This document shows, in pieces, positions 13,179 through 34,680 of a stretch of 64,000 bases of DNA. A program made the position numbers and the translations under genes. Each line of letters opens with the position of its first letter. The first letter of the stretch is position 1. Location: assembly GCA_963693365.1 (NCBI GenBank), contig CAVNZM010000005.1, positions 1,116,001 to 1,180,000 of the forward strand. Reading direction: 5' to 3'. This stretch comes from Amoebidium appalachense. Lineage: Eukaryota > Protista > Ichthyosporea. The notes beneath the pieces are model-generated. The model did not search any database, was not told where the DNA came from, and worked only from the letters and a program-made list of their open reading frames with translations.

Positions 13179-13835
13179 ATGCATGTGTGTAGTTAAATAT
13201 GAGCAAAGCCTGCTGTTAGGGGGCTTCCAACTAGTCTGAATGTCGACCCATCCACCTTGTCACACCCCGCGCACAAAACACAGCTCGGACACTCTTTGAA
13301 ATGCAATTGATTGGAGGGGTAGGGCCACAGCACGAAATCTAAATTGCCAAGCACCTTTATTTTAGCTTCTTTTGGCCTCTTTTCCTCTTTTCATTCAGTC
13401 TTCACTCGTTTTCATACTTGCTAATTGCTTGAAACTGATTACTTTCCGTTAATTCATCAACGAGAATGAACGAGTGTGGGAGGTCAAGACTGAAGACCTA
13501 GCAAGAAGCAATAGATTTGTGGGCTTTGGGTGTGTGGATGTGGGTGGGAGAGTAATGGTTGTGGTGGTCACAGCTGAACTATTACATTGCGCTCGTTCAT
13601 TACTCCCAGTTTAGAATGTGCAGTGCTGCATAGAGTCTAGAGGAAGAGGTACCGGGAAGTGTGCGCGTGTGTGTGGGGGGGGGGGGGTTGAGGGGGGAGG
13701 GGGAGGGTTGGCTACCCTCAAACAGGAAGCCATTGCCAAAATAGCCTGAATTGCACGTGCACACGTACGATGATTGGGTGTTGATGCACGTGGCACGGGG
13801 GCTGCATTGGTGCGTGCCGGTCTCACACTCATCGA
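11063..13835 (-). CDS. EGF/calcium-binding EGF plus VWC-like modular protein; 5' end not defined, possibly degenerate
   Basis: Phase 1-1 exons: 13835-13716 ([35 protein letters not shown]), 13076-12951 (complete 6-Cys EGF), 12141-12016 ([29 protein letters not shown]), ~11786-11682 ([15 protein letters not shown]) and 11229-11063 ([35 protein letters not shown] stop). Confidence 0.7.
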
Positions 13836-13927
13836 CTGTGTATGTGTGTGTGGGGGGGGGGGGGGGGGGGGGGGGGGGAGGGGGGAGGGGGGGAGGGGGG
13901 GGGGAGTTGAGCGGAGGCGCATGAGTA

Positions 13928-13980
<53 letters not shown>

Positions 13981-15889
13981 TGTGGCTGAGGTGAGGAGAG
14001 TTGGGGGGAGGAGCTTGGGAAAGGTGTGTGTGTGCGTGTTTCTGTCCGTGTGTGTGTGTGTGTGTGTTTGTGTGTTTGCTTGTGTGTGTGTGTGTGTTGT
14101 GTGTGCGTGTGTGCGTGTGTGTGGAGGGGTATATTCGCGTGTGCGCATGCATGCCTATTTATGTGTGTAAGTGTTCATGTGTGTTTGTGTGTGGATCTTC
14201 GTTTGCTCGCAAGTATTTTTAGGTGTCGGTGACGTCGAGGAAGAGTGGGTGAGGTGGGGAGGTGGTGTTTTACTCCTCTCAAACTCTCGGCCAGGTCGAG
14301 GTAACAGTTTTGGGAGATCGCTTCTCCAATGATTCTGCTTTCCATGCATTCCACCGCGTCCCAAGGGCAGTGATTATGTGCACCAGTGCCGTGTGTCTCG
14401 AGCACGAGGGCCGCGTGTGTCACGTGCACGGTGCACGTGGGCGTCCTTAGTGTACCGCTATCTATGGATTAAATGAAAAAAAAGAAACATAACAGACCGT
14501 ACCTTACATACACAGGCACTCCCGGGACATGTACATGTTCGCGATGGAAATCGTTTGTTGCCGGGCAGTCATGCGTTGCTAGCTTGGCTTGAAAGAACTT
14601 GCGAAGATGAGCAAATACTATACGTATGCCATTGTAATATAGTGTGTGTGCATGTGTGTGTGTGCAGGTGTACAGCAGGTGTGTGCGTGTGTGCCACGGT
14701 GTGTTGTGTTCGCGCAGGGCTGGTGAGTCTGCACTGGTGGTGACTAGTACTGGTGAGTGTGACGCAGATGCGCTGCATGCTGATTGGCTTCTAATCACGG
14801 TACTTCAACTGCCATGGGTTTTTTGTTGTTGTACGTTACGTAATGATATGAGTTTACCCAGTCCCCGGCCACTCATTTTCAAAACTCAAGTGTGTTCAAA
14901 AACCATTGCCATTGCGTGACTTATTATAATCAACTACATATGTGAAAAGAAACTATAGAGTTTAGAAAGGAGGTAGGGCTTGTGTAAAGAGGCTGGGAAC
15001 GTTAACACTGGTGCCTGCCTGCATCTTTACCGGTGCTGCGACGAGGGCGTTGGAGCGAAAAACAAGCAGAGTTGGGCAAGGTATGAACGCGTGGGTGTGT
15101 GCACGTGTGTGTGTGCTTGTGCGTGTGTATGCGGGTGTGCATGTGTGATGGTTACCATGGCGGTGAAATTTGAAGGAGAATGGGAGCGAGAGGGGAACAG
15201 GGGGGCGGCGGGGGAGGGGGAGGGGAGGGGGGAGGGGGGTGGAGTGATGGTGGTCGGAGGGAGTTGGCGTGCCTTTGGTGTGCTTGTGTGCGTGTGTCGA
15301 GGAGGGGGGAGGGGGGGAGGGTTGGTGGGGAAGTTGTGTATGTAGGGGTGGGTGATGACGAGAAAGCGGCCGCAACCTTTAGGAAGGGGGCTACGACCAA
15401 AAAGTGGACCTGATGGGGTTGGCCTATAGAGAACGGGAGGAACGATGCGGTAGAGGGTGAGCTGTGTGTGTGTGTGTGTTGGGGGGGGGGGAGGGGGGGG
15501 GGGGGGGGGGGGCTGGGGTAGAAGGGGGGAGGGGAGGAGAGGGAGTTGGGGTGTGGGAGGGGAAGGAGGTGCAAAGAGCGGGGGGTAGGCAGGAAGAAAA
15601 TGGCACGGACTAGGGGGGGGGGGGGGGGGGAGGGGAGGGGGAGGGGTGAGGGGGGAGGGGGGGAGGGGAGGTATTTCATATTTTGTGGTTGGCGAAGTGC
15701 CTGTATGGTGTAAACAAGATGCACCTGCAAGGTATTTGCATGGTGCGTCCTCACACACCTGACCCCCCTCCCCCCCTTCCCCCCCCCCACGGCGCCCCCA
15801 ACCCGTTTTCCCATCCCCCCGCCCTCCCCCCCGTCCCGCCCTGGGGCACCCCCGGCGCGCTCCCACAACAGACTTTGTTCTATTCAGCC

Positions 15890-24073
<8,184 letters not shown>

Positions 24074-25780
24074 GTGAATATCCCACACACATGTATGGAA
24101 TATGATTGCATACTACATGCATGTCTGGATTATGAGTGAATACAACACGCATGTCTGGAATATGAGTGAATACTACACGCATGTATGAAATATGAGTGAA
24201 TACAACACGCATGTATGGAATATGAGTGAATACAACACCCATGTATGGAATATGAGTGAATACAACACGCACGTATGGAATATGAGTGAATACAACACCC
24301 ACGTATGGGATATGAGTGAATACTACACGCATGTATGGAATATGAGTGAATACTATCTCTCTTGTATGGAATATGAGTAAATACTAGACGCATGTATGGA
24401 ATATGAGTGAATACTCCACACATGTATGGAATATGAGTGAACACGACACGCATGTATGAATGCATGAATGCAATATGAGTGAATAATATAAACATGTATG
24501 AAATATGAGTGAATACAACACGCATGTATGAAATATGAGTGAATAGTATAAACATGTATGGAATATGAGTGAATACAACACGCATGTGTGGAATATGAGT
24601 GAATAATATAAACATGCATGGAATATGAGTGAACACTCCGCACACACCTTAATACCACACACATGTATTGAAAAGGTGCGAATAATACAGGCATGTATAC
24701 GGTAGTATGTACGAATGGATGCCGGAGTATGAATAAATACACCTACATGTATGTAAGATGGGACGCATGTATAGGTTATGTTTCATATATACTGTGTGAT
24801 CGGTATAATGTACACAAGAATGCAGTATCAGAGAGTAATTTGCATCTCTATTTCTATTCATGAAATACGACTGAATACCTAGCATACCACACGTGTAAAA
24901 ATCAAGATACCACGGGCTCGTCAGGAATTATTATATGAGCCAATAAAAAAGACTCTTTACTTCGACTAAATTCTGCCGGTTTGTTTGTTGAGCTACAGGG
25001 TTGTTGGAGTGGTGGTGGGGAAGGGGGGGGGGGGGGGGGGATATGGGGAATCAAACCAAGAGACAGAAGGGTAATGGGGTGTGCATGTGCTGTGGGGATT
25101 TGTTGGTTGCCCTGGAGGATGCCATCGTATGTGGGTGTGGGTGGGTGAGTGTGTGTGAGTGTGTGTGGAGGGCCGGAGTCCGTTGGCTTGTACACGAGTG
25201 TGTTTGCCCGAGGTGTGTGTGCGGTGGTGGCGGCGGCCAGTGCAGGGCGGAAGGGGGGGAGGGGAGGGGGGAGGGGGGAGGGAAAGGGGGGGGGGGGGAA
25301 GGGGGGCACGTTCAAGCACCTCAGCGCTTTTTTTGGTGTGTCTCTCTTCCAAGTTTTGGTGGCGGCGGTGGTGATGGTGGTGGTGGTGGTGGTGGTGGTG
25401 GGGGGGGGCGGGCCAGGGGGGGGTGGGGGGGCTCTTTACAAACATAAATTAGGTCGCAGGGTTGCCTTTATTTTCCCAACTTGACTGGGTTTTTCGCGCT
25501 GGTGCAAATTCACGAACAAGAAATGTATCATTGGTCCCAGTGCTACACCCACAGGGTGTATGGCCGAAACACAGATCGCACGTCACACCTCCCAAATAGA
25601 CCCCTCACCCATCAATTTGCGATGAAAATAACCTAGAAAAAAATGATCTGTGTCCAGCCCAACACCCCACGAGATTCGCTCTATACCATTGTCCACATCA
25701 TGTCATCTTACCCTTTTCTACCACGTGCCTACCGACCAATGACATATCACCAATAAAACTAGCCCGGGCATGCTATTGGC

Positions 25781-26027
25781 TCACTCCTCTCTGGCCTGGG
25801 CAGCCTTGGCGGCATAGCTTGCCTGCTCTGCGGCCTTGCCTGCAGCCTGCTGGGCCTCACGGGCAGACGCCTCGGCTGCTTGGGCAGGCTGGCTGACAGG
25901 TCCTCCCTCCTGCAAAATATGGGCAAAGAAAAAGGTCAGGGTTCTGAACTTTTAATAGGGGGGTTACAGCATGCACAAAGGTATATAAGGGCAGTGGCGA
26001 TAAGGCGTCAGGGGTTGCATTCCTGTT

Positions 26028-26066
<39 letters not shown>

Positions 26067-26201
26067 GCGAAATCTATTAGTAACCCCAATATGGACTCAG
26101 GAGAGATAAAATGAAGTACCCAGGTGGTGGTGGTGGTGTGCGCGTGTGGTGTTAGTGTGGTGGTGGTGGGAAAGGGGAAACGCTGGGGGGTTTTTTTTTA
26201 A

Positions 26202-26237
<36 letters not shown>

Positions 26238-27535
26238 GGGAGAAGGGGGGGAAGGAGGGCTTGTTCTCACCTGCGTGGTTGTGGAGCCGAACATGGTCTG
26301 GATGGACTCCTTAGTGCCCGTCAGCACGTCACCAGCACTGGGCACACTGCTGCTGCCCTCACTGGTGCCCGGCACACGGCTAGCAACACTCTCACCAAGC
26401 TGCCGAGGAGGGGGTTAGCTTATATTGCTAGCCTCACTACCAATATTAGAGCAGCACCCGGAAAGGGGGGGGGGGGGGACACCTATATTTAGGGATGCCG
26501 GGCTGTGAATACTATATAAAAAAAAAGAAAGAAAAGAAAATAAAATAAACAACGTTATACTCAAGTCAAAAATATGTTGTGCTGCATAGGACGAGTGAGC
26601 CCTTTTTTTTTTTTTGTATATGCAATGCGCGTAGAAGGGAGGGGAGGGTGGGGGTGGGGATGGGGGGGGGGGGGGGGGGGGGGGGGTTAGAATAGTCACC
26701 TGCTGGGCGGTGTCCCCGACGGTGTGAGCCACATCCTTGGCCTTGATGCCGGCACTGTGAGCAGCCTGGCCCACAGTCTCAGCAGCCATGTGGCCTGTGG
26801 CCTGCACACTCTCACCGACACTCTGACCAGTGCTGGCGGCCGTGTGCCCAAGACGGGCCATGCGCTCCTCCAGGCTGGGCTGCTCGCCCTGATGCAAAAT
26901 ATGGTTAGTATGATAGAAAACTTAAAAAAGGGAAGGGGGGCCGGCGGGGGGGAGGGGTGGGGTGGGAGGGATGGACATTTGGGTCTTATTATTTAAGTGG
27001 CTGAAGAGTATATGACTGAGAGGTGATGAGTTTGGTAAGGAAAAGGGTCAAGCCACTTTATAAAATGATAGTTGATTGCATGGGAGAGAGAAATGTTCGC
27101 ATATCCAGGCATATCTAGCCCTTACTAAACGTGTTAATATCACCACAATAGGCGAGAATGATACTGCCATTAGGAGAGAAGAGTATATCCATATGCAGCC
27201 CTTGCATTGTTGACATCAGCACAAGAGAGAATGGTAATTGAATATCCAGCGCGTATCTAGCCGTTTCACCCACCTGGCCAGCCAGACTCCCAGCCACGTC
27301 CTTGACCATATTGACCCCCCCCACGGCCAGACCCACTGCCGTGCCGACTGCGGCCTGTGCCGTGTCCAGGGCCAGCCCTGCAGCCGTCTGTGTGGCCCCC
27401 ACGGCTGTGCCTACGGCCACCTGCAGCGCCCACTGTGTTTGCTCAGTCTGGCCTTGGCTGCGTACATATGTGCGGAACACATCATATGGTTGCATGTGCG
27501 CTTGAAATGTTTGCACAAAGTTTGACTACACACCC

Positions 27536-27566
<31 letters not shown>

Positions 27567-28459
27567 AAAAAAAAAAGTCTATGGTACCTCCCCCCCCCCT
27601 CCTCCTCCCCCTCCCCCTCTTCCCTTTCTCCAATAGCCACCCCCCTCTCTCCCCACCTTCCCCACCAGAAAAAAGATTTTAAAAAGAGGCAAGAAACATG
27701 AGAGTAAAAGAAAAGGGTACGTTCGAGAGATGGTGGCTATCATAAAGGTGGTGGTGGTAGTGAAGATGCATACGAGATGTGTGTGTATATAGTGCATGTG
27801 TGTAGGTGTGCGTGTGCGCCATTGGTGCTTGAGTGGGGTTATTTAAGTTTTATTTTTTTTTAAAATAAAAAACAGGTAAAGCACTTTTTTAACACACACA
27901 CAGGCAAGCACCACGACACAGGGACCGTCTACTCTACCTGGGTGCCCCCAAGGGCCGCACCAGCCACGGCCTGGGCTGCCCCCACAGCTGCCCCCCCGGC
28001 ATACCCTGCAGTTTCACTCACTCGGCCAACAACAGACTCGACAACACCACGGCCAGCCTCATAACCCTCGTGCGTGCCCTGCAACAAAAAAAAAAAAAAA
28101 AAAAAAAAGGGTTCGATCAGAAGATACATTGAGCATTCTATGTTGGAGTTGAAAGTTGTGAATTCTTTTCTTTACATTTCTCATATTATCTGAATCCCAA
28201 GAAAGAGTGTATTTAACGAAAAGAAAAAAAAAGGGGGGGGGGGGGGGAAAGAAGTTAAGGATGGGGAGGGGGGACGGAAGGGGAGGGGAGGGAGGGAAAC
28301 CACCAGAAAAAAAAAAGAAAAAAAAACTGAATACAGAATCTGACTCAGAAGCAAACTGTTGTATACCAGAGTATTGCGCATTCCCAAAGTTTTCTTGTTG
28401 GACACGAGAACCAAGGGTGGGGTTTAAGGGTTTAAGTTTTTTATTTTTTTTTTATTTAT

Positions 28460-28490
<31 letters not shown>

Positions 28491-29001
28491 GGGGGAGGGG
28501 GGTATGCATACGTGGGCCAGGTGCTCTGAGCCTGTCTGGACAATGCGGCCAGCCTCCTCCTGCAGGCTGGCTGAGGCGCCTCTGGCCAGACCGTACACAC
28601 TGTGGGCTGCCTGAGTGGACCCGGGTAGCACCCTCTCGGTCTTGGCTCGGGCCTGCTGGGATAGCTCCTGTGTGGGTGTGGAAAAAAAGCGTGGGGAAGA
28701 GAGAGGGGGGGGGGGGAAAGAAGGAAAGCACGGTGCCGGGGGGGAGGGGGAGGGGGGGGGGGGGGAGATGATGGGCATGGGTTAGTGGATGTGGGTTGGT
28801 GTGTGTATGTGTAAAAATGGCTAAAGAAGGAGAAGAGAAGAGCATCAGTTTTCAGACCCACTTATCCATCCATCATGGCCATATTGGTGTGCACAACATA
28901 AATGAGTATATTTTGCATGTTGTATCGTTTCCTCTTTTTTTTTTTTTTTTTTTTCCATAGCCTCGGGCCGGTGAGAGCGGAGGGGGGAGGGAGGGGGGGG
29001 G

Positions 29002-29035
<34 letters not shown>

Positions 29036-29105
29036 CTTTACGGTTTTCATTGCATACATGATGTGGTAGGCGGGTGCAAAATGGTGGGGGAAGAGGGGTG
29101 GTTTT

Positions 29106-29136
<31 letters not shown>

Positions 29137-29503
29137 GGGGGAGAGGGGGGGCTATTGCTATACCTCAGTTTTGCGTGCAGCCTCCTCTGTGGTCTGGGCT
29201 GCAGTCTGTAGGGTCGTGTGGGCCCCCTCGGCTGCACTCTGCGCCATCTTGCCGGCACCCTCAGCTGCTGACTGCAGTGTGCTGCCCGTGCCCGTCGCAA
29301 CCTAAAAAAAGGGATTAGTCGTCAGAGGATAAAAATAGAAGCAGGTCTGTAAGTGGCAACATAAAAATAGTGGATTTTTGGTCACAACCTACTCTTTTTC
29401 AAAGTGGAAATGATACGAAAAGCATGTAGGGTGGTTGCAATGCCCATTTATGAGTGACATTGTGCAGGCCACAAAATTCTCGTGATTCTTATTGCTACTA
29501 CTA

Positions 29504-29534
<31 letters not shown>

Positions 29535-30855
29535 GGGGGGGGGGGAGGGGGGGGGGGGGGGAGGGGGGGTGCAATGACCTGTGCGCCGACCTGGCCGGTA
29601 GTTTCCAGCACCTTCTGTGTGGTCTGGCCCACCGTCTCAGCCGCACTCTGCGCTATGTCTCCTGTGCCCTCGGCCACACCTGCCACCCTGCTGCCTGTGG
29701 CCTGCGCTGCCCCCTTGAGTGTGTCTGCCGCCTGGTGGCCCAGCTGCACTGCTGTCTCCTGCGCCGACCCGACTGCAGCCCGACCCGTCTCGATGGCCTG
29801 GCCCGCCAGGCCCTTTGCAGTGTCAACAGCGGCCCGGCCCGCCTCAGTGCCGGTCTGCACGGCCCGGCCCACAGCCTCCTGACCCGTGGCCAGGGCCTGG
29901 CCCGAAATGTCCTTGGCCGACTCGAGGGTCTGCTGGCCCGTCTGCATAGCCTGGCCCGCAAGGTTGCTGGCCGTGCTGGCAGCCTGCTGGCCCGACTCCA
30001 TGGCCCGACCCGTCAGGTCCTTGGCCGTGTCCACTGCAGCCCGGCCCATCTCCTGGCCCGTCTGCACGGCCTGGCCCGCCATCTGGCCCGCACTGACTGC
30101 CGCCTGCTCACCGGCCTGCACGGCACTGCCCAGGCCAGTGCCCTGTGGGGGTGTTGGAGTGGTCAGCATTAGCTTGTATGCCTTACTTATGGATCATCGT
30201 GTATGTTTTGAAGAATACTGTATATGGAAGGAGAGAGCACTTTGATTTGAATGAAGATACGCTAGGATAATTTGAAGGAAAATGCGAAGAAAAGGGTGCA
30301 TATTCTGTCTTCAAGTATCTACAAATATTTCATGTGCTCAATTTGTGCTCGATTCAATCTGGGGTATTTTCTAAAGGAAAAGGGTGGGATGGGTGAGGGG
30401 GGCTAGGTGGGTTTCTAAGACGCACCTGGGCAGGTGCCTGGCCTCTGCTGCCCAGCACACTCTCAGCCATCGACTTTGTTGTCTGCCCGGCCCCCTGCAT
30501 GGCCTCCTTGCCCGTCTGCATCAGCCCCACACCCAGCTGGCCCGACTCGGAAGGCTGGACCGACCCGGTAGGCTGGAGTGACCCGGACACCCCGATGCCG
30601 ATGTCTGCACCCGGGGCCATGGCGGTGCGCTCGGTAATGGTCTTTGCACTGTCGAGGAGGTTCTTGGCCGCATCCAGCATCTGCTGCGCCTGGGCTGTCT
30701 GGTCTGCAGGCACCTGCACGTGTATGTGCGTGTGCGTGTGCGTGTACGCGTGTGCGCGCGCGTGTGCGTGCGCGCGCGCGTGTGCGTGTGTGCGTGTGCG
30801 TGTATGCCAGTGCGCAAGTGTGTACGTGGGGGTGCGTCAGAGTGTGGGGCATTTG

Positions 30856-30930
<75 letters not shown>

Positions 30931-31796
30931 ATATGGATGTGTGGGTGAAGGCGAAAAATCGAGGTTAATGATCTGCTGCGTTGAGTATAACCGTGTGTAT
31001 GCCTACAGTTTTTTTTTTGTTTTTTTTTTTGTTTGTTTGTTTGTTTGATAATGGGGTGGACTCTGGGTGATGCACAAGGTATGGGGGTGGTCAAGGAAGG
31101 GAAGGAAGGGAAGGAAGGGGGGGGGGGGGGGGGGGGGGGGGGGAGAGGGGGGTAGATGCAAAAACCGATTGGTGTGCTCCCACCATTTTTTATATTTGTT
31201 TGTCGGAGGGGGGGGAGGGGGGGGGGGTCGATTTTGTCCGCGCCGGGGGGGGGGGGGGGGGGGGGAGGAGGGGGGGGGGGGGTTCCGATTCTGTACCAGG
31301 GGGGGGGGGGGGGGGGGTCGATTCTCTGTTGGTACAGAAGAAAAGAAGCTGCTCTAGCAAACACCAATCCTTTTCCCAAAGGGCTCCCACCCATTTCACC
31401 CTTGAAAGGATTGGAGAAATAAGCAATACTTGAAAAAAAAATTCGTCATATAATATTCCGCTTTCTCACGCAATCCAATAGGATCCGAAGGAGGAGCCAA
31501 GGAATGGAGGGGGGTGTTAAAAAAAATTTAAAAACGATACGTGTTACTAACGATAACCCGATAGGACAAGCATTCCAGCCAGGAGAGAGGGACGATGGGA
31601 ATGCAGACTACGATTTTTTTCTCTCTTCTTTTTCTTGTTTTTCTTTTTCTTTTCTTTCTTTTATTTTATTTTATTTATTTATTTATTTATTTTTTGGGGG
31701 GGGGGGGGTAGAGGGGAGGGAGGGGGAGGCACATACTTGGGCAGTGCCGGGCTGGCCGGTGGCATGGATGTTGACATTCACACCTTGCTCAGACAT
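25781..31796 (-). CDS. LEA group-3-like / amphipathic-helix repeat protein (~646 aa, A/G/Q/T-rich)
   Basis: Exons 31796-31737, 30713-30426, 30142-29579, 29301-29164, 28667-28512, 28078-27938, 27420-27274, 26888-26700, 26399-26271, 25909-25781. All lengths are multiples of 3 and the frame is open from ATG to TGA. 11-mer/7-mer repeats such as AVQTGQEMGRA-AVDTAKDLTGR-AMESGQQAAST; no Cys or Trp seen. The gene model is solid; the family name is inference. Confidence 0.8.
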
Positions 31797-32629
31797 GGTG
31801 ATGTGTTCTGTGTGGGGAGATGGGAGAAAATAAGGAGGGGGCGCATTTCAATTAGACGAAAACTAAGTGATAAGTGTCTTATTCCACTGGCCCTTTTAAC
31901 CTGTGGCTCATGTGTGGGCATAAAAATCGCAAAAACCAACTTTTCTGTTGTTTGAAAAACCACACATATCAAGACCGAATGTGCATGCCATAAATGGTAC
32001 CTGAACTTACAACCATTCCACTTGTGCGTACGGTGGTTTACTGATAGGAACAAGTAAGTTTGTCTTACAAAAACTAATGTTGATGCTCAAGAGTCTGAAG
32101 TATGCTTCAGCACAAGACATGTTCCATGTTCCTTGGCAGAAATTACACTTCCATAGATCGAGGGATGGTATTTAATTTCGTTGTACCAAATTCCATACCA
32201 TCATCATCCGGATCCCCCCCCCTCCCCCCCTCAATCCAAAAACAAACAAAGAACGTCATCGTAGGTGTTCTAGGTGTCAAAAAGAAAAAGAGAGAAAAGC
32301 GTGAGGAAACACAACAGAACTGGCCTTTGAACGGAAAACAGCAGCGTAGGAGGTAGAATAAGCGACCCATTAGCGAAAAGAAAAAAAGGAAACCGGCATG
32401 CAACCAAATATATATCTCTCTCTCAGGTCTCTCGGACTCTCTCTCCCTCTCACCTTTTGAAGCGAAGTTACAAGTGGATGTTTCGTTTTCTCGGAGAAGT
32501 AAACCTGCGACCCCAGCAAAATGACTAACTGATGTTTTCTTTCAGAGGTGGTTGTTTTATACCCAAAATGTGACACGATAGCTCTTTGGCTTACTTTCCC
32601 ATGAGGCGGGTTGGTTTTTTGTTGATGTG

Positions 32630-33907
32630 CACGTGATTAGCGTCATTGGGCAGCCATATATGGGTTTGCCATGTTTGGTAGATGCTTATGTCCAATAACA
32701 CCAACGTTCACGTGTGAGCGCGGTAAACTGACCTGTCAGTGTCAACAATTTGAGAAGTAAGACGTACTCGTCGAGTCTCTGGTACAGTACTTTACTTACA
32801 TAGGTGAGAGTAAAAAAGATAAATGTCATTACAGACAAAGCCTTGTACCAATCTATTGAAGAACTCAAATGAAAAGCAAAGTAACCCGTGCAGAGGTGTA
32901 CACTGGTGTGCCTACGCAATAGGCCTGGTTGAATACATTATAATTGCATAATAAGGCTTCATCTGCACCCCCTCTGCCCATGCTCTCTTGCTCATTTGGT
33001 TGGTTTCTGTTTCTTTCGGTGGTTTGTTTACGAGTTGACGTGCTTGGTGTCACAAATTAGTGTTTCATGTGAATGTGAAAGAGCTTTGGCTTACGGCCAC
33101 CCCATCACCTCGGAGGTAGAAGCCCGCAGTTTGCGTATCGTGTCACCGTTTGCTGACAGGGAGCGAATGCGTGGGATCAAGGAAAATAAATTCGAGTTCC
33201 TATTGACGCATCAACGATTGGCTGGAATCTACCAATAGGAATCTAGATGTAGGTAAACAAAAGATCTTGGGTGCTGAGTCCAACTGAGCCCCTTCAAGGA
33301 AGTCTGACAAAGTCGCAGAACACCGTAAGTAGCTGGATGTAAGAGTGTATTACAGTATCATTTTTTCCCTTTTCTTATCCCATCTTTCCACACATTGGCT
33401 CCTTCCGGTGATAAATCTGTACGCGTACGCAACACGGTGTAGTACGAACCCACCCTGTCAAAAGAAAAAAGGCAGTTGGAATATCGTTTTTTATTTTATA
33501 ATGACTTTATTGTTGTCGGGGTATTATGGTGTGAAAATCGATGACCTTGCGTCACTTCTAGGTGACGTGACATTCCGAAAAACCCAGGCTTGAAAGTGTG
33601 TTAAAAGCAGCCATAAAGCAGTCACGTGTTTCGTTTTAGGCAGGAATCTTGTACCCCGGGCCGCTGGCTTACGTTTAGCCTTTTGCAAACGGTAGTCACG
33701 GGTCGAAGAAAGAAAAAGTGGGATGAATGGTTGCGGAGAAAAAACTCACCACAAACTTATAAGAGTGTGAAGCTCTTATAGTGCGTACTGTAAAGACGAG
33801 CTGGATACCGACTCAGTCTCTGAAACGAGCAAGCACACATGAATAGAGAAGCATGGGAGGCATTGGTGCACGTGTTAGGTACCGTGTACGTCTAGTTGCT
33901 TATAAAT
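32630..33907. promoter_or_regulatory. Putative divergent promoter with four CACGTG (G/E-box) sites and a TATA box
   Basis: CACGTG at 32630, 32709, 33623 and 33869; TATAAAT at 33901; repeat-free DNA between head-to-head genes. Confidence 0.35.
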
Positions 33908-34102
33908 AGGACAGTAGAGGACAGAGCTTTTTCATTCAAAAGTGTCAAACCCAATGTACGTTGTGATCAGCTGATTCTTTGCCTTTGACAATTTCTTCGT
34001 GTTCGTTCGTGTATTAATCTAAGCTGGTAACACTGTTGTTAACCGATAAACAAACACAGGTATAATTCCTTTGGTCCGTTCTTTTCCACGACATCTCCTA
34101 CT

Positions 34103-34131
34103 ATGGAGCACAGAAACATGGAGGTAAAAAG

Positions 34132-34168
<37 letters not shown>

Positions 34169-34624
34169 TTCCCTCCCCCCCGCCCCCCCCTCCCCCCGCC
34201 CCCCCCCCCCCCACCCCACCCCCCTCCTGGCCAACCACCACCACCACCACCACCACCACCACCGTGACCACCGAACGGACCAAAAAAGCCATATCAGCGA
34301 TAATAACCATGAGAAATTTATTACCAACGGAAGAATAAAGAATTAGTAAGCCGAATGGGATTTGCAATGGAGGATATTTTGGTTTGTTTTGTTTTGACGT
34401 GAGGGCAGTGGTGGCATGAAACCGTTCTAATGTTTATAGGTCCATTCAAAGACACGCCACCCTTTTTTTTGCCACCCACCTGTTCAAGTGCGCATATGCA
34501 TGCAGACACACTAAGTTTCCTCCAACCATCCCCACCAGCTTCTTAATACCCAGCAGATGTTCTCTAATCCCCTGGGCACGTTATATTATGTTTGCTTTTT
34601 GCTCTCCGATTCCCCTCAGCCCCC

Positions 34625-34680
<56 letters not shown>

